Assembly: GCA_964016885.1 (NCBI GenBank)
Contig: OZ024757.1
Span: 23,002,001 to 23,066,000, forward strand
Source: Eledone cirrhosa
Lineage: Eukaryota
Direction: 5' to 3'
DNA: 64,000 nucleotides
Part shown: one piece after another, positions 24,800-39,059 of the stretch
Layout: the number at the start of each line of letters is the position of its first letter
Position numbering within the stretch: the first letter of the stretch is position 1
Made by a program: the position numbers and the translations under genes
Notes under the pieces: generated by a model
The model's database searches: none
What the model saw: the letters and a program-made list of their open reading frames with translations, nothing else
What the model was told of the DNA's origin: nothing

Positions 24800-25492
24800 A
24801 TCATAATCATCATCGTTTAATGTCCATTTTCCATGCTAGCATGGGTTAGACAGGTTGTCCCATTAGAGGCAAATTGGGCCAGGTGACAATGTCTTGCTCA
24901 TATAGAACTGTTTCTCGCTAGATTTCTACAGCTGTATGCCCTTCCTAATGCCAACTACATTTACAGTGTGTGCTGGGTGATTTTGTCGTGACTCCAACAC
25001 GACCACTTTACAGTGTGGGGTGCTTTTTGTCATGACACCTACACGACTACTTTACATTGTTGACTGGGCTATTTTTGTTGTGACATCTACACAACCATTT
25101 TACAGTGTAAGCCGGGTGCTTTTGTCACGACACCTACTCGACCACTTTACAGTGTGGGCTGGGTGCTTTTAGTTCTGACACCTATACAACTACTTTACAG
25201 TGTGGACTCGGTGCTTTTTGTTGTGACACCTACACGACCACTTTACAGTGTGGGCTGGATGCTTTTAGTTCTGACACCTATACAACTACTTTACAGTGTG
25301 GACTCGGTGCTTTTTGTCGTGACACCTACACGACCACTTTACAGTGTGGGCTGGGTGCTTTTAGTTCTGACACTATACAACTACTTTACAGTGTGGGCTG
25401 GGTGCTTTTTTTCATGACACCTACACAACTACTTTACAGGTGGGCTCGGTGTTTATTGTCGTGACACCTACATGACCACTTTACAGTGTGGA
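24800..25492 (-). mobile_element. SINE B-related element with about 11 diverged ~48-bp internal tandem units
   Basis: Tail TGTCCATTTTCCATGCTAGCATGGG followed by repeated TTTACAGTGTGGGCTGGGTGCTTTT...GACACCTACACGACCAC. Confidence 0.8.
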
Positions 25493-26989
25493 TTAGGGTT
25501 AGGTATGTACTTGTATTTAATCTTACATATTTGTTATATGATAATTGCCAATTGTTAGTTGTAAAAATGACATTATGTTCCAGTATAAAATATTTGATAT
25601 TATTGAAAGTATTCAATAGATGAAATGAAACAATTTCCAACAGTTTTCAGGACCAAAGATGGTCAAAACATCAACAACTATAGAAAAATCAATTGTCTAT
25701 AACCTATATTTATCGCCGAGGTCAACTTTGCCTTTCATTATTACAGGGTCGATAAAATAAAGTACCAGTAATGTACTGGGTAATTGCTGGCCTTGTGCCA
25801 AATGTAGAAACAATTATATTTATAACAGTTATTTTCAACATTTTATGTTTTAGGTATTAAAACCATAATTCACCAAGAAGATCTAGTATTTGACACAGAT
25901 AGTCAACTTCAGACCTGACAACCTCTAAAAACCCAAAAGGGCAGTACCATAAAAAAAAGTACCCCGAAAATGGGAGAAACGAGGCAAAACGGGGAGATTT
26001 TACATAATGAAAGCTATAGCCATTTTCACAAGAATAGACATCTCTCCCCCACCCCAAAGTGGGTGAGAGATCTCCCCATCAGATAGGGAGAGTTAACAGG
26101 TCTGCAACTTACTGCATAACATTAGATTTAGAACTACACAAGCTGCGGTCAAATGTATGTGTTTTGAATGTTTTTCAACTGGGGGAAATGTGTTTATATC
26201 TATAAGGTCCCTAGCAATAATTAATTCATTACATATATGTACTTGAATTAATTACATATATGTACTTCTTTTGAATCTTATATATTTGTTATATGATAAT
26301 TATTGCCAATTGTCAATTGTAGAAATTACATTACATTTCAGTATAAAATATATGACATTATTCAAAGAATTCAATAAAAGAAATTATTTAATTTTTAGTT
26401 ATTTCCCTTATAGTTAGATTTTTTTTTTACACACCCAATTATTTCTAGATATTTTTTTACATTCTCACACTTACATACACATCTTTTTATATTTCTGTCT
26501 TCCACATACACGTATATATATCCCTACATTATTTCACATATTTTTCTACTCCCTTACTACCTACTAACTAGCATTAGATTTTTTTGCACATATGCAACTT
26601 TAACATTTCCTATTATTTAAATTGATTTTTTTTTTTACTATTTCTCAAATTTTTACATTTTCACACTTATATACATGTTCTCTCAAATTTTTACATTTTC
26701 ACATATACATGTTCTCTCATATTTTTTCCTATACATATTGATATTGATTTACTTGATATTATCTCCTCTCTTCAAACTCACACAGAGTTCCACTTATTAA
26801 ATAATGGCTAAACTACCAACCAAAAATGAAGGATATCCACTTCGTCAAATTTAGCCAATCAGTGATTGTTATGATATCTCAACTATTAAATATCATTTTT
26901 AGGCTCCCTTTTTCTCAAACGTCCAATGGTTAAAAACAAGAAACTCAGGGTAAGGATTTGAGCTTCTAATAAAATTACACGCTTATGTA

Positions 26990-27348
26990 TTATCATCATC
27001 ATCATTTAACGTTTATCTAGAATTGTCCGACTTGAGGCAAGATTGATTGGGTGACCGTGCCTCGCTCATACAGGACTGTATTTGACAGGTTTTCTACGGC
27101 TGGATGCCCTTCCTAACACCAATCACAGTTACAGTGTGGACTGGGAGCCTTTTTACCGTGTGTCCTACGCGACCACATTACAGCGTGGACTGGGTGCTTT
27201 CTGCCGTGTCACCTGCACAACCTCTTTACCTTGGACTGATGTTCTGTGTTACCAACATCACTTTAGAGAGAAAGGGTGGTGTCGGAGGTAGTGGGAGGAT
27301 GTAGGGGTGTATATTTGGTTAAGAGGTGCCTACTAACTGAAGGTTTAA
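26990..27348 (-). mobile_element. 5'-truncated 3'UTR of the RTE LINE at 29636-32485
   Basis: Aligns with 29640-30045, including GGTGTATATTTGGTTAAGAGGTGCCTACT. Confidence 0.8.
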
Positions 27349-27395
27349 CTGTGTATATATATATATATATATATATATGTAAGAATGCACACATT

Positions 27396-27735
27396 GGAGG
27401 CACATGGCTTAGAGCATTGACCTTGCAATCGAAAGGTTGTGAGTTCAATTCTCAGACCGGGTGATGTGTTGTTTCCTTGAGCAAGAGACTTTGTTTCACA
27501 TTGCTCAAGTTTACTCAGCTGTAGAAATGAGATGATAGGGACTGGGGTCCCTATCATTCCACTGCAAAGTGGTCGTGGTGGTGCCACGGCGAAAAAGCAC
27601 CCAGCACTCACTGTAAATGAGGTTGGTGTTAGGAAGGGCATCCAGCTGTAGAAAGCAAGCCAGAATTAGTTCTCGTCCCACCCTTGCAAGCAGGGAAAAG
27701 CGGACGTAAAATGATGATGATGATGATGATGATGA
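27396..27735 (+). mobile_element. SINE family B, full length
   Basis: Near-identical to 3721-4057, with a (GAT)n tail. Confidence 0.9.
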
Positions 27736-28469
27736 TACACACACATACACACACATATATACATATACACATTGTTTCCGAAGAAGACGGCCTGATCGAA
27801 CCAATGATATGAATAGGTAAAATAACACGACTTTCACAGAATAAGGAGGAAAACTCAACGCAGGAATATCTGTTAAAACAACAAAATGGTGTCATTGACT
27901 GCGCTGGGTAAAATTTACTTCAAAGGACAGAAATCAGCGGTGAGATGTGTGTTGACCTGAAAAAGTGGTAAGGAGAAAGGAGCAAACTCATGCTCCAACT
28001 CGGTGTTTGAGAAAACTTTGTTTCTTATTTTGTATCACAGCTATATTAGCTTTCTATTTTAGATGGATACCATGGCCTGAGGTTAGTTAGTTATTTCTTT
28101 CCTTCTCCTTTCATCCTTTCTCCCACCCTTCTCTTCTTCTTCCTACTTCTTTTCTTCTCTTCTTTTCCCACTCTCTTCTCTTCCATCTTATCCTACATGC
28201 TGCTCTTGCTTGTCACTTCTGCTTGCTGACAAGTCCACACACAGCCAGGGCTTTTGTCGGCTTTTCTAGCCGAGATTTGGTGCCAAGAGGACACATTTTA
28301 TTTCTCTCTCACTGATCTGTCTGTTTAACTAATTTGTTTGTTTATTGTGAAAACATCATACCAGCAGAAATATTTATTTTCTGTTGCACAAGCCGAAAAT
28401 GTTTTGTGGTCCTCTCAAATTAAATTGTGCGAAATCACAGCTGTAGTGAGAGCTGAAGAGGTCTATATA

Positions 28470-28769
28470 TTCATTTCATTTTCATTTCATTTTACGTCCG
28501 CTTTTCCCTGCTTGCAAGGGTGGGACGGGAACTGATTCTGGCTTAATTTCTACAGCTGGATGCCCTTCCTAACAACAACCTCATTTACAGTGAGTGCTGG
28601 GTACTTTTTTGCCGTGGCACCTACACGACCACTCTACAGCTGAGTAAACTGGAGCAATGTGAAATAAAGTGTCTTGCTCAAGGAAGCAACACATCACCCG
28701 GTCTGAGAATTGAACTCACAACCTTTCGATTGCAAGGCCAATGCTCTAACCACTAAGCCATGTGCCTCC
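28470..28769 (-). mobile_element. SINE family B with internal deletion
   Basis: Reverse complement of the family B consensus; the GATAGGGAC hairpin segment is missing. Confidence 0.88.
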
Positions 28770-28890
<121 letters not shown>

Positions 28891-28947
28891 TAAAAAAATA
28901 ATGAATAAAACAATGAAACAGTTCCTTATATTAAACAAAAAAAGTTC

Positions 28948-29085
28948 ATTATTTAACGGTCGTTTCTAGGATATATATGTGTTAGAATTGGCATGCATAT
29001 TCAACAGATCTATGTACAAAATTATACAAACTATCAAAATTAAATATACATACCACCACATATATATGCCGTCTTCAGAAATAAT
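28948..29085 (-). ncRNA. Type I hammerhead with extended stem II (family 3, inverted copy)
   Basis: Minus strand reads ATTATTT-CTGAAGA-[long hairpin]-GAAA-CGACCG-TT-AAATAAT. Confidence 0.6.
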
Positions 29086-29099
29086 TATTATTTCTGAAG

Positions 29100-29247
29100 A
29101 TTATTTCTGAAGACGGCATATATATGTGTTGGTATGTATATTTAATTTTGATAGTTTGTATAATTTTGTATAATTTTGTACATAGATCTGTTGAATATGC
29201 ATGCCAATTCTAACACATATATGTCCTAGAAACGATCGTTAAATAAT
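29100..29247 (+). ncRNA. Type I hammerhead with extended (~115 nt) stem II (family 3)
   Basis: ATTATTT-CTGAAGA(29107-29113)...GAAA(29229-29232)-CGATCG-TT-AAATAAT. Stem I is 7 bp, stem III is palindromic, and the intervening sequence self-pairs. Confidence 0.68.
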
Positions 29248-29444
29248 GAACTTTTTTTGTTTAATATAAGGAACTGTTTCATTGTTTTATTCATTATTTT
29301 TTTAATATTTTATCTTGACTCTGTATTCCGTTTATCTTTCACCGAAAGTGATATTTCATTGCATCTCTTCTTTCCATGATATCCGGATTACATTGAGTTC
29401 TTCATACGGATTGGACACTACCGTAAACTCTTGGTAGATTTATC

Positions 29445-29508
<64 letters not shown>

Positions 29509-29635
29509 ATGACTGGTATGTATGTATATTCACCCTCTGCATGTGTATTATTATATGTATATAACACAGTTGTAAATATGTTCGATGTATTCATTACTAC
29601 ACTTACATATGTATGTGTCTATATATATATATATA

Positions 29636-32485
29636 TTATCATCATCATCATCCTCGTTTAACGTCCACTTTCCACGCTAGCATGGGTCAGACGGGAGTTG
29701 TCCCACTTGAGGCAAGGTTGGTCGGGTGACCGTGTCTCGCTCATATAGGACTATCTGGCAGGTTTTCTACAGCTGGATGCCTTTCCTAACACCAACCACA
29801 TTTACAGTGTGGAACTGGGAACTTTTTACCGTGCTTCCTACACGACCACATTACAGCGTGGACTGTGTGTTTTTTCTCGTGACACCTACACGATGTCGAT
29901 CTCATTATCTCATTTATCTGGACTGGATGTTGTGGTACCAACTTTATAGAGAGAGGGTGGTGTTGGTGGGAGTGGGAGGGTAGGGTAGGGGTAGTAGATT
30001 GAGGTGTATATTTGGTTAAGAGGTGCCTACTGACTGTAGGTTTCGCTTTGTACATAGGCAAGGCGGGTCTTCTGTATTACTGCGTGGCGCCAAAGATCTC
30101 GGTCCAGTGACATTGTCTTTGAGAGGTGAAAGGTCGGAATTCATCAGATCGTCCCAGGTTTTTCTGGGTCTACCTACTCCGTAACTACCATCAATTTTGA
30201 TCGCCCTGCACTTTTTTATACAGCTGTCGTCTTTCATGCACATCACGTGGCCATACCAACGTAGTCTTCTCTCGAGTAAACAGCATCTGATCCCTCTTAT
30301 TCCTAATTTCTCACTTAGTTCATTTATGCTTTGTTGTTCACGTATGTTACTATTACACATCCAATGGAGCATGCATGCTTCATTCTTTTCCAGTCTGCGT
30401 AGGTCCTCTGCACGTAATGCCCATGTCTCACTGCCATGTAGCATTGCTGTAGCATCATACAATCTGCCTTTCATTTTTAGAGAGAAACCTTTTGTGGCCA
30501 ACAGCGGTATAAGCTCTCTGAACTTTTTCCATCCCGTTCTGACTCTGGCTACTGTACTTTCAGAACACCCTCCACCACTGCTGATTTTGTCACCCAGGTA
30601 ACAGAAAGTGTCTACTATTTCTAAAGAACCATCTGGGCAATAGAAGGGGCTAGTATCCTGTGGACACTTGCTACCTATTGCACCTGAGCATCGGCCACAT
30701 ATAAAGTCTACGTTCTTAGATAGTTTACCTGTGATCCCATTACATCTTTTATGTACCCATACTTTGCATTTGGGACATAAAATTGAATTTCTGCCTACTT
30801 CTTTCCTACACACTGAGCAAGGCCATTTTCCTGAGGGTACCTGTGCCTTATTTTCCTTTCTACAAACTAGGACTTTAGTCTTAGACAAGTTAACTTTAAG
30901 GCCTTTTGATTCTAGGCCATGCTTCCATGTTTGCAATTTCTTTTCTAATTCAGCCATTGATTCAGCTATGAGCGTTAGATCATCTGCGTATAGGAGTTCC
31001 CATGGCCGGTCTTGAACTCCTCTGTTATAGCCTGAAGGGCAATAATAAATAGGAGGGGGCTAAGGACAGAGCCTTGGTGAACAACTATTACACTAAATTC
31101 TTCACAATATTCATTGTTAATTCTAACCTTACTGACTGTTTCATTATACATAGCTTGTATAGCTCTCACAAGCCATTCATCTACACCTAGTTTTCTAAGA
31201 GCCCACCAGATAATGGAGCAGGGGACTCTGTCAAAGGCTTTTTCCAGGTCTACAAAAGCTAAGTAGAGGGGTTTACTTTTAGCTAGGTACTTCTCTTGTA
31301 GTTGTCGTACAAGGAAAAGAGCATCTGTGGTACTTTTACCTGACACAAACCCAAACTGGATTTCATCTAGATCAATTCGCTCTCTGATTAGTTGCGCTAT
31401 AACTCTTGCTGTGACCTTCATGACCTGGTCAATTAACTTAATGCCTCTATAGTTTCCTCTATCTAGAGCATCTCCTTTACCCTTGTAGCAGTTAATGATG
31501 CTGCTACGCCAGTCTTTTGGTATGACCCCATTCTGTATTACTTGGTTAACTATACGGGTGACCATAGTATGTCCCACCATTCCAGATGCCTTCAACAGCC
31601 CAGCAACTATCTCTGAAGGCCCAGCTGCTTTGCCTGTCTTCATATCTTTGATTGCCTTACTTATTATACTACCTTTAACTTGCACCGCTGATCCTTCTAT
31701 TGGATCGATTTGGGGCAGACTATCTTTTTCCCACTTATTCTCCTCATTTAATAGTCTCTTGTAGTGACACTTCCAGGCTATCTTCTTATCAGCATCAGTG
31801 AGGGCAAATACACCGTTATCATTACGTACACATTTCTCCCCGACAATATCATGGTTTTCCTTGACACATTGTCTAGCAATCCTGAACACCTCGCGTTTTT
31901 GGTCCTCGCGTTGTAGAACATGCTTGAACTTTCTATCCTCTGCTTCCCTTTTTGCAAGGTACACTTGTCTCCTAAGCTTTCCTCCTGGCCACTTGATAGT
32001 GCTCTCTACTTCCCCCATACTGCCAAACTTTCCAAGCCTGCTTTTTGGTCTTGATTGTCTCTTCTACCTTACTGTTCCACTACCAAGTTACTCTCCTCCT
32101 GCCAATAGGTCTGCTCCAGCCACAGATTTCATCCGTTGCTTTCAGCAGGTTCACTTTCAAGAATTGTCACTGTTCCTCTATATTGCACGTCTCTAATTGC
32201 TCTTCCTTATTGTCAAAGGCATCAAGTAATAAGCTTTTAAATTTGTCACTGGCTATGGCATCCTTCAACTTCCATATTCTTCTCCTCAAGGTAGGCCTCC
32301 TCTGTCGTCGAGTACGTCTATTTCTGACTGTGAGGTCACTAACTACTAGGCTATTTTGGGAGGTGCATTCTTCATGGGGGAGGGATTTAGTGTTTACAAC
32401 AGACACTTTGTCCCGTCTTCTAGTAAGGATATAATCTATCTGGCTGGCGTGTTCCCCTGATCTATAGGTGATCAAGTGGTTTTCA
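29636..32485 (-). mobile_element. RTE-clade LINE, 5'-truncated and frameshifted (partial APE endonuclease, reverse transcriptase, 3'UTR)
   Basis: Endonuclease motif SQIDYILTR. RT motifs NYRGIKL, FVDLEKAFDRVP, HQGSVLSPLLF and ELLYADDL (at about 30980-31000). C-terminal RRLRWYGHV...GRPRKTW and a (GAT)n tail. Confidence 0.95.
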
Positions 32486-32544
32486 CATATATTATATATA
32501 TATATTATATATAATATATATATATATTATATATATATTATATG

Positions 32545-32595
<51 letters not shown>

Positions 32596-32597
<2 letters not shown>

Positions 32598-33175
32598 AGG
32601 GTGTTAAAGTTTGCTTGAAGCATTGTGAAATGTGTAAAATACGTATTTAAGAAAGCCACAACAATGCAGAGGGAAATCTCGAGGTAGGAAGTGAAAGATA
32701 GATAGGAAAAAAACAGGTGAAAGTGAAAATTGAGAGAGACAAAGATGAAAACAAAGCAAAGGTAGAAGGGTTACCGTAGTAGAGATTTAATCCCAATATT
32801 TCGGGCTCACGCCCATCAACGGGGGAAAGTTCCAAAAGGGGGGGGGGGAACAGGCCAAGCGGAGATAGTTGTGATGTTGTTAAGACAGGAATGCCGTTAT
32901 TTACATATAACGGCATTCCTGTCTTAACGACATCACAACTTTCTCCGCTTGGCCTGTTCCCCCCCCCCCCCCCTTTTGGAACTTTCCCCCGTTGATGGGC
33001 GTGAGCCCGAAATATTGGGATTAAATCTCTACTACGGTAACCCTTCTACCTTTGCTTTGTTTTCATCTTTGTCTCTCTCAATTTTCACTTTCACCTGTTT
33101 TTTTCCTATCTATCTTTCACTTCCTACCTCGAGATTTCCCTCTGCATTGTTGTGGCTTTCTTAAATACGTATTTT
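32596..33175. mobile_element. Fold-back insert between (TA)n tracts with ~265-bp inverted arms
   Basis: 32636-32900 is the near-perfect reverse complement of 32907-33175, with loop TTACAT; this gives the matching ORFs 32647-32916(-) and 32949-33164(+). Confidence 0.85.
32985..33020 (+). ncRNA. Hammerhead-like motif with variant core (mirror copy on - strand at about 32790-32826)
   Basis: TCCC-CCGTTGA-T-GGGC GTGA GCCC-GAAA-TA-TT-GGGA. All stems are intact; the core differs from CUGAUGA at 2 positions. Confidence 0.5.
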
Positions 33176-33211
33176 ATATATATATATAATATATATAATA
33201 TATATATATAT

Positions 33212-33311
<100 letters not shown>

Positions 33312-33472
33312 ATATATATATAGAGAGAGAAAGATATATATATATATATTTTTTTCGGCTCTGTTTGATAACATTGAGCTATCTCTTGTACTGTCATTTC
33401 TCTAATGCGATGAGTGTGTTTGACTCTAATGCACTCAAGTGTTTTTATCTTATATATATACATATATATATG

Positions 33473-33542
<70 letters not shown>

Positions 33543-34297
33543 TATGTAAATTGCTTGTTTGTTTCATGCCTCACAAAATAACACGGCAGTTTTCTTAAGC
33601 CTGGCGAAATATAGAATACCAAAATATAATATTTCCTATCCAAATATTAGCAGATATCTAATTGCCTTACCAACATGAAGACATATTTCTGTCATAGGAG
33701 AGCAAAAGAAACTTCTATTTAGTTAATATATGAAATGCTTTGTTTCTTTATTTACAGCAAAACATCTTGTCAGTATTTACTGCTTCGATAAGACATCCCT
33801 CAGGTAGTCTAACAGAATGAAACAATCTGCTTAGAGAGGCTTTTCTATTAGATTCAATATTAGAGAGCTGCTTGTTTTACAACAAGCATTGTTAATGATC
33901 ACTTCCGAATAATTGTGAGAGACTTGCCTCCAGTTTTGCATACACAGTCGTCACACACATTTTCATAAGTACACACTATCACACCTTGTAAATAAACACA
34001 TACATATACACTTACATGGTATATGGTTATATAGAATATGTGTGTGTGTGTATATATATATATATAGAGAGAGAGAGGGAGAGAGAGAGAGAGAGAGAAT
34101 ATAATGTGTATATATATACATATATACGTTTATATACATATATAAATATATATTCACACATATATATATATATTCATACGTATATATATATATATATTCA
34201 TATATATATATATATATATATTTGTATATATATATACATACACACAAACATATTTAATATAATTATATAAGTGTATGTGTATCAACAATTGTGTACG

Positions 34298-34332
<35 letters not shown>

Positions 34333-34341
34333 TATATATAT

Positions 34342-34372
<31 letters not shown>

Positions 34373-34834
34373 CACACGCACACACATATATATATACACA
34401 CACCCACATATATATATATATACACACACATATATATACACACATATCTATATATACACACACACACATATATACACACACACACACACATACATATTTA
34501 TATATATATACACACAGACACATAAATAGGAACATACTACGTGGATTGAAACACTCTTCAATTTGATATTTCCAAACACATTTTGCCTGATTAGTGGTGG
34601 ATCAATGTAAACTATTGCTAATTTGTGTGCCGACCCTTTTTTCCATGGCTCATGCCATTATTAATGATCCTTTGAACTGAACAACACCAGCCCCTTTCAT
34701 TGATTCTAGGTTCTAATTTACCATTATATGGCAACCGATAACAGATATTTTGGTGGTAGTGCTAACGAGAAAACTAGTTGATGTTGAAACACAAGTTCAC
34801 CTACCTCGAGGAAAAGATGACAAAAGAAAGCAAC

Positions 34835-34865
<31 letters not shown>

Positions 34866-35044
34866 AATAAAATAAAATAAAAACAAACACCCAATCAAAA
34901 CTTTGCCAGGGATGATAAAGTTATTTCTGTTGTAATTATCGATAATTTACAGGGGTAATCAATAGTTGAACTTTATAAATAAACATTTTGTCTACACAGA
35001 TGCTGCTGTCTTATCAAATTATTCAATTACATAATCATGTTATT

Positions 35045-36240
35045 TATATTATATATTTATATATACAATATATTTTCATACAATCGCATTATATATATGT
35101 ACTATTAATTTATATATATACAATATATTTTTATACAATCACATTATATATATGTACTATTAATTTATATATACAATATATTTTTATATAATCAAATTAT
35201 ATATATGTACTATTAATTTATATATATACAATATATTTTTATATAATCACATTATATATATGTACTATTAATTTATATATACAATATATTTTTATATAAT
35301 CACATTATATATATGTATTATTAATTTATATATACAATATATTTTTATATAATCACATTATATATATGTATTATATATTTATATATACAATATATTTTTA
35401 TATAATCACATTATATATATGTATTATATATTTATATATACAATATATTTTTATATAATCACATTATATATATGTATTATTAATTTATATATACAATATA
35501 TTTTTATACAATCGCATTATATATATGTACTATTAATTTATATATACAATATATTTTTATATAATCACATTATATATATGTATTATATATTTATATATAC
35601 AATATATTTTTATACAATCACATTATATATATGTATTATATATTTATATATACAATATATTTTTATACAATCGCATTATATATATGTACTATTAATTTAT
35701 ATATACAATATATTTTTATATAATCACATTATATATATGTATTATATATTTATATATACAATATATTTTTATATAATCACATTATATATATGTATTATAT
35801 ATTTATATATACAATATATTTTTATACAATCAAATTATATATATGTATTATTAATTTATATATACAATATATTTTTATACAATCGCATTATATATATGTA
35901 CTATTAATTTATATATACAATATATTTTTATACAATCACATTATATATATGTACTATTAATTTATATATATACAATATATTTTTATATAATCACATTATA
36001 TATATGTATTATATATTTATATATACAATATATTTTTATACAATCGCATTATATATATGTACTATTAATTTATATATACAATATATTTTTATACAATCAC
36101 ATTATATATATGTATTATTAATTTATATATACAATATATTTTTATACAATCACATTATATATATGTATTATTAATTTATATATACAATATATTTTTATAC
36201 AATCACATTATATATATGTATTATATATTTATATATTTAT
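35045..36240. repeat. 53-bp AT-rich minisatellite, about 22 copies
   Basis: Unit TACAATATATTTTTATA(T/C)AATCACATTATATATATGTATTATATATTTATATA; AATCACA occurs at 35351 and 35404. Confidence 0.92.
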
Positions 36241-37584
36241 ATATAATATATATACTGTGATTATGAATATATATATATCATGATGATGATGATATATATA
36301 TATATATTAATAATCACATACACACAAATAATAAAGCTATTTATATATAATTTTGTATATATTTATATATAATCCCATTATATTTATACATTTATATGTA
36401 ATGTATTTCTTTTAATCAAGTTTTTTTAAATATATTTATCTATTTAGAAACACTTCAGTGACTTACTTGTGGAAAACAAACAACCCGTCATCCATTTATC
36501 TCATGCCTTGATGATAATCAACATTTAGAGTTTATTTCACTAACAAGCAAAAGAAGTTCTCTTACTTTCTGAAATCAACCAAAGGAAGTGGAAAAAGGTC
36601 CTACCTGAAATAGATAAACAGAAAAATAAAACCCTTTAGTAATGAGCTTTGATAATGAAATATAATTTATAGATAGGATAATGTGTTTTGTGTGCTTTTG
36701 ATAGGGGGCTAAAGTGTGTGTGCTTGTGAAGGGATTAATGTGTATGTGTGCTGGTGAGAGGGGTTGTCTATGAGTGTGCTTGTGAAGGGTGTGTGTGTAT
36801 GTGTGTGTCTGTGTGTGTGTGATTGTGAATGGTGGGATGTGTATGCCTGGTTGTGAAAGGGGGATGTGTATGTATGCTTCCATTGGAGCTAATGCATGTG
36901 TGCTTGTGCTAATGCTAATGTATGTGTGTGCCGCCTGTGAAGGGGTGATGTGTGTGCGCTTGTGAAGAGGTGGTTGAGTATGTGTGCTTGCATAGGGGCT
37001 AATGAATGTGTGCTTGTGCGGCATAATGTGGGTGTGTGTGTGCGTGCTTGTGAGGAGGCTAATGTGTGTGTGTGATTCTGGAACATAATGCATGCGCTTG
37101 TGAAAGTACTAATGTGTATGTTTGCTTGTGAAGAGGTGCATATGTATGTGTGTGTGTGTGTGCTTGTGATTTGGCTAATACGTGTATGCCTGTGTAAGGG
37201 AGGATGTGTTTCTGTTTGTATATATTTGTGTGTGCAGGAAGGGGGAACTAATATATATGGGAGTGTTTCTAGTTCGTTTGAGCCCTAATAGTCTTAGAAG
37301 ATCAAAAAGAATACTTCATATTGCCATAATTTTCCACTTAAAAATGCACAAAATATTTCTGGCAAATCACAAAAGAGTCAATTGAAGAAGTACATTATAT
37401 ACTTAGAAATAGCACACACACACATACACACACACACACATACACACATACACAAAGTATGCATGTGTGTATATATATATAAGTGTGTGTATATATATGT
37501 ATGATTTTAAAAATGACAGATATGCAAAAGTTAATAGTCTTATTAGGTATATATAAATAGATAAATATATATATAAGAAATATT

Positions 37585-37818
37585 TATGTGTGCGCATGAA
37601 TGTATATGTTTATATATACATATACATATATATGTATATATATATACATATATATGTACACATATATATATATACATATATATGTATATATATATACACA
37701 TGTATATATATACATATATGTATATATATACATATATATATATACATATATATATACACATATGTATATATATACACATATGTATATATATATACATATA
37801 TGTATATATATACATATA

Positions 37819-37872
<54 letters not shown>

Positions 37873-38117
37873 TGTATATATATATATACATATATGTATA
37901 TATATATATATACATATATGTATATATATATACACATATATGTGTATATATATATATATACATATATGTATATATATACATATATGTATATATATATACA
38001 CATATATGTATATATATATATACACATATATGTATATATATATATACACATATATGTATATATATATATACACATATATGTATATATATATACATAGGTA
38101 TGTATATGAATGCATAT

Positions 38118-38190
<73 letters not shown>
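37585..38190. repeat. (TA)n/(TACA)n microsatellite
   Basis: Direct reading. Confidence 0.95.
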
Positions 38191-38191
<1 letters not shown>

Positions 38192-38539
38192 TTTATCCTC
38201 TAATAAAATACATTTTACAGAAAAAAAAACCTACAGACAACAAATATTAACTATCTGGAATGTTCTGTAATGGGGTAAGACATTGCTACAAAAGAGAACA
38301 AGACAAAAGTACAAAACACCAAAAGTACAATAAATCCCCCCAAAAAAACCTGCATATTTGCCAGATGAATTTGCCACGGAGGCAGATATTTTCATATATT
38401 TTTTTTATATTGTGATACCATTCTTGTGTGGATTATTATATACAATGGATTATTATATACATATGTATATATACATATACATATATATATATATCAATGA
38501 GTATATATATATATATCATGCATGCACAAGCAATCTCTG

Positions 38540-38572
<33 letters not shown>

Positions 38573-39059
38573 TGCATGTACATGCATACACACATACACA
38601 TACACACAGACTCTCTCTCTCTCACACATGCACATATTTATGTGTATGTATGTATGTATATGTGTGTATCTATGTATATATGATGCACATGTGTATATAT
38701 ATGTATATATATGTGTGTGTGTATGTCTGTGTGTGTGCACGTGTGTGTGTGCATGTATGAATATATAAATATATGTGTGTATGTATATATATGAATGTGT
38801 GTATGTGTGGATTAATATATACATTAAAATAAAATTCTGATACATCTTTACTTTTCTTTAGATCTTTATATTTATATATTTTTTATTTTGTATTCTTATT
38901 TTTATTTATTTATTTATTTATTATATTATTACCATTATGATTATTATTATTTTATATTCGTGGGGCTCAGTTTATCAAGAATGAGTCTCTAATGATCTTA
39001 ATTATGACGAAACTGGAGGAAACTGAATTAAAAAAGAATGGATCTGAATACTGTGTGAT

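Noticed and set aside
27770-28465. Possible LINE 5' region/ORF1 remnant
   Set aside because: No translatable motif could be recognised with confidence.
32647-33164. Matching ORFs on opposite strands suggesting a duplicated gene
   Set aside because: A consequence of the inverted repeat; the peptide is low-complexity with no coding hallmarks.
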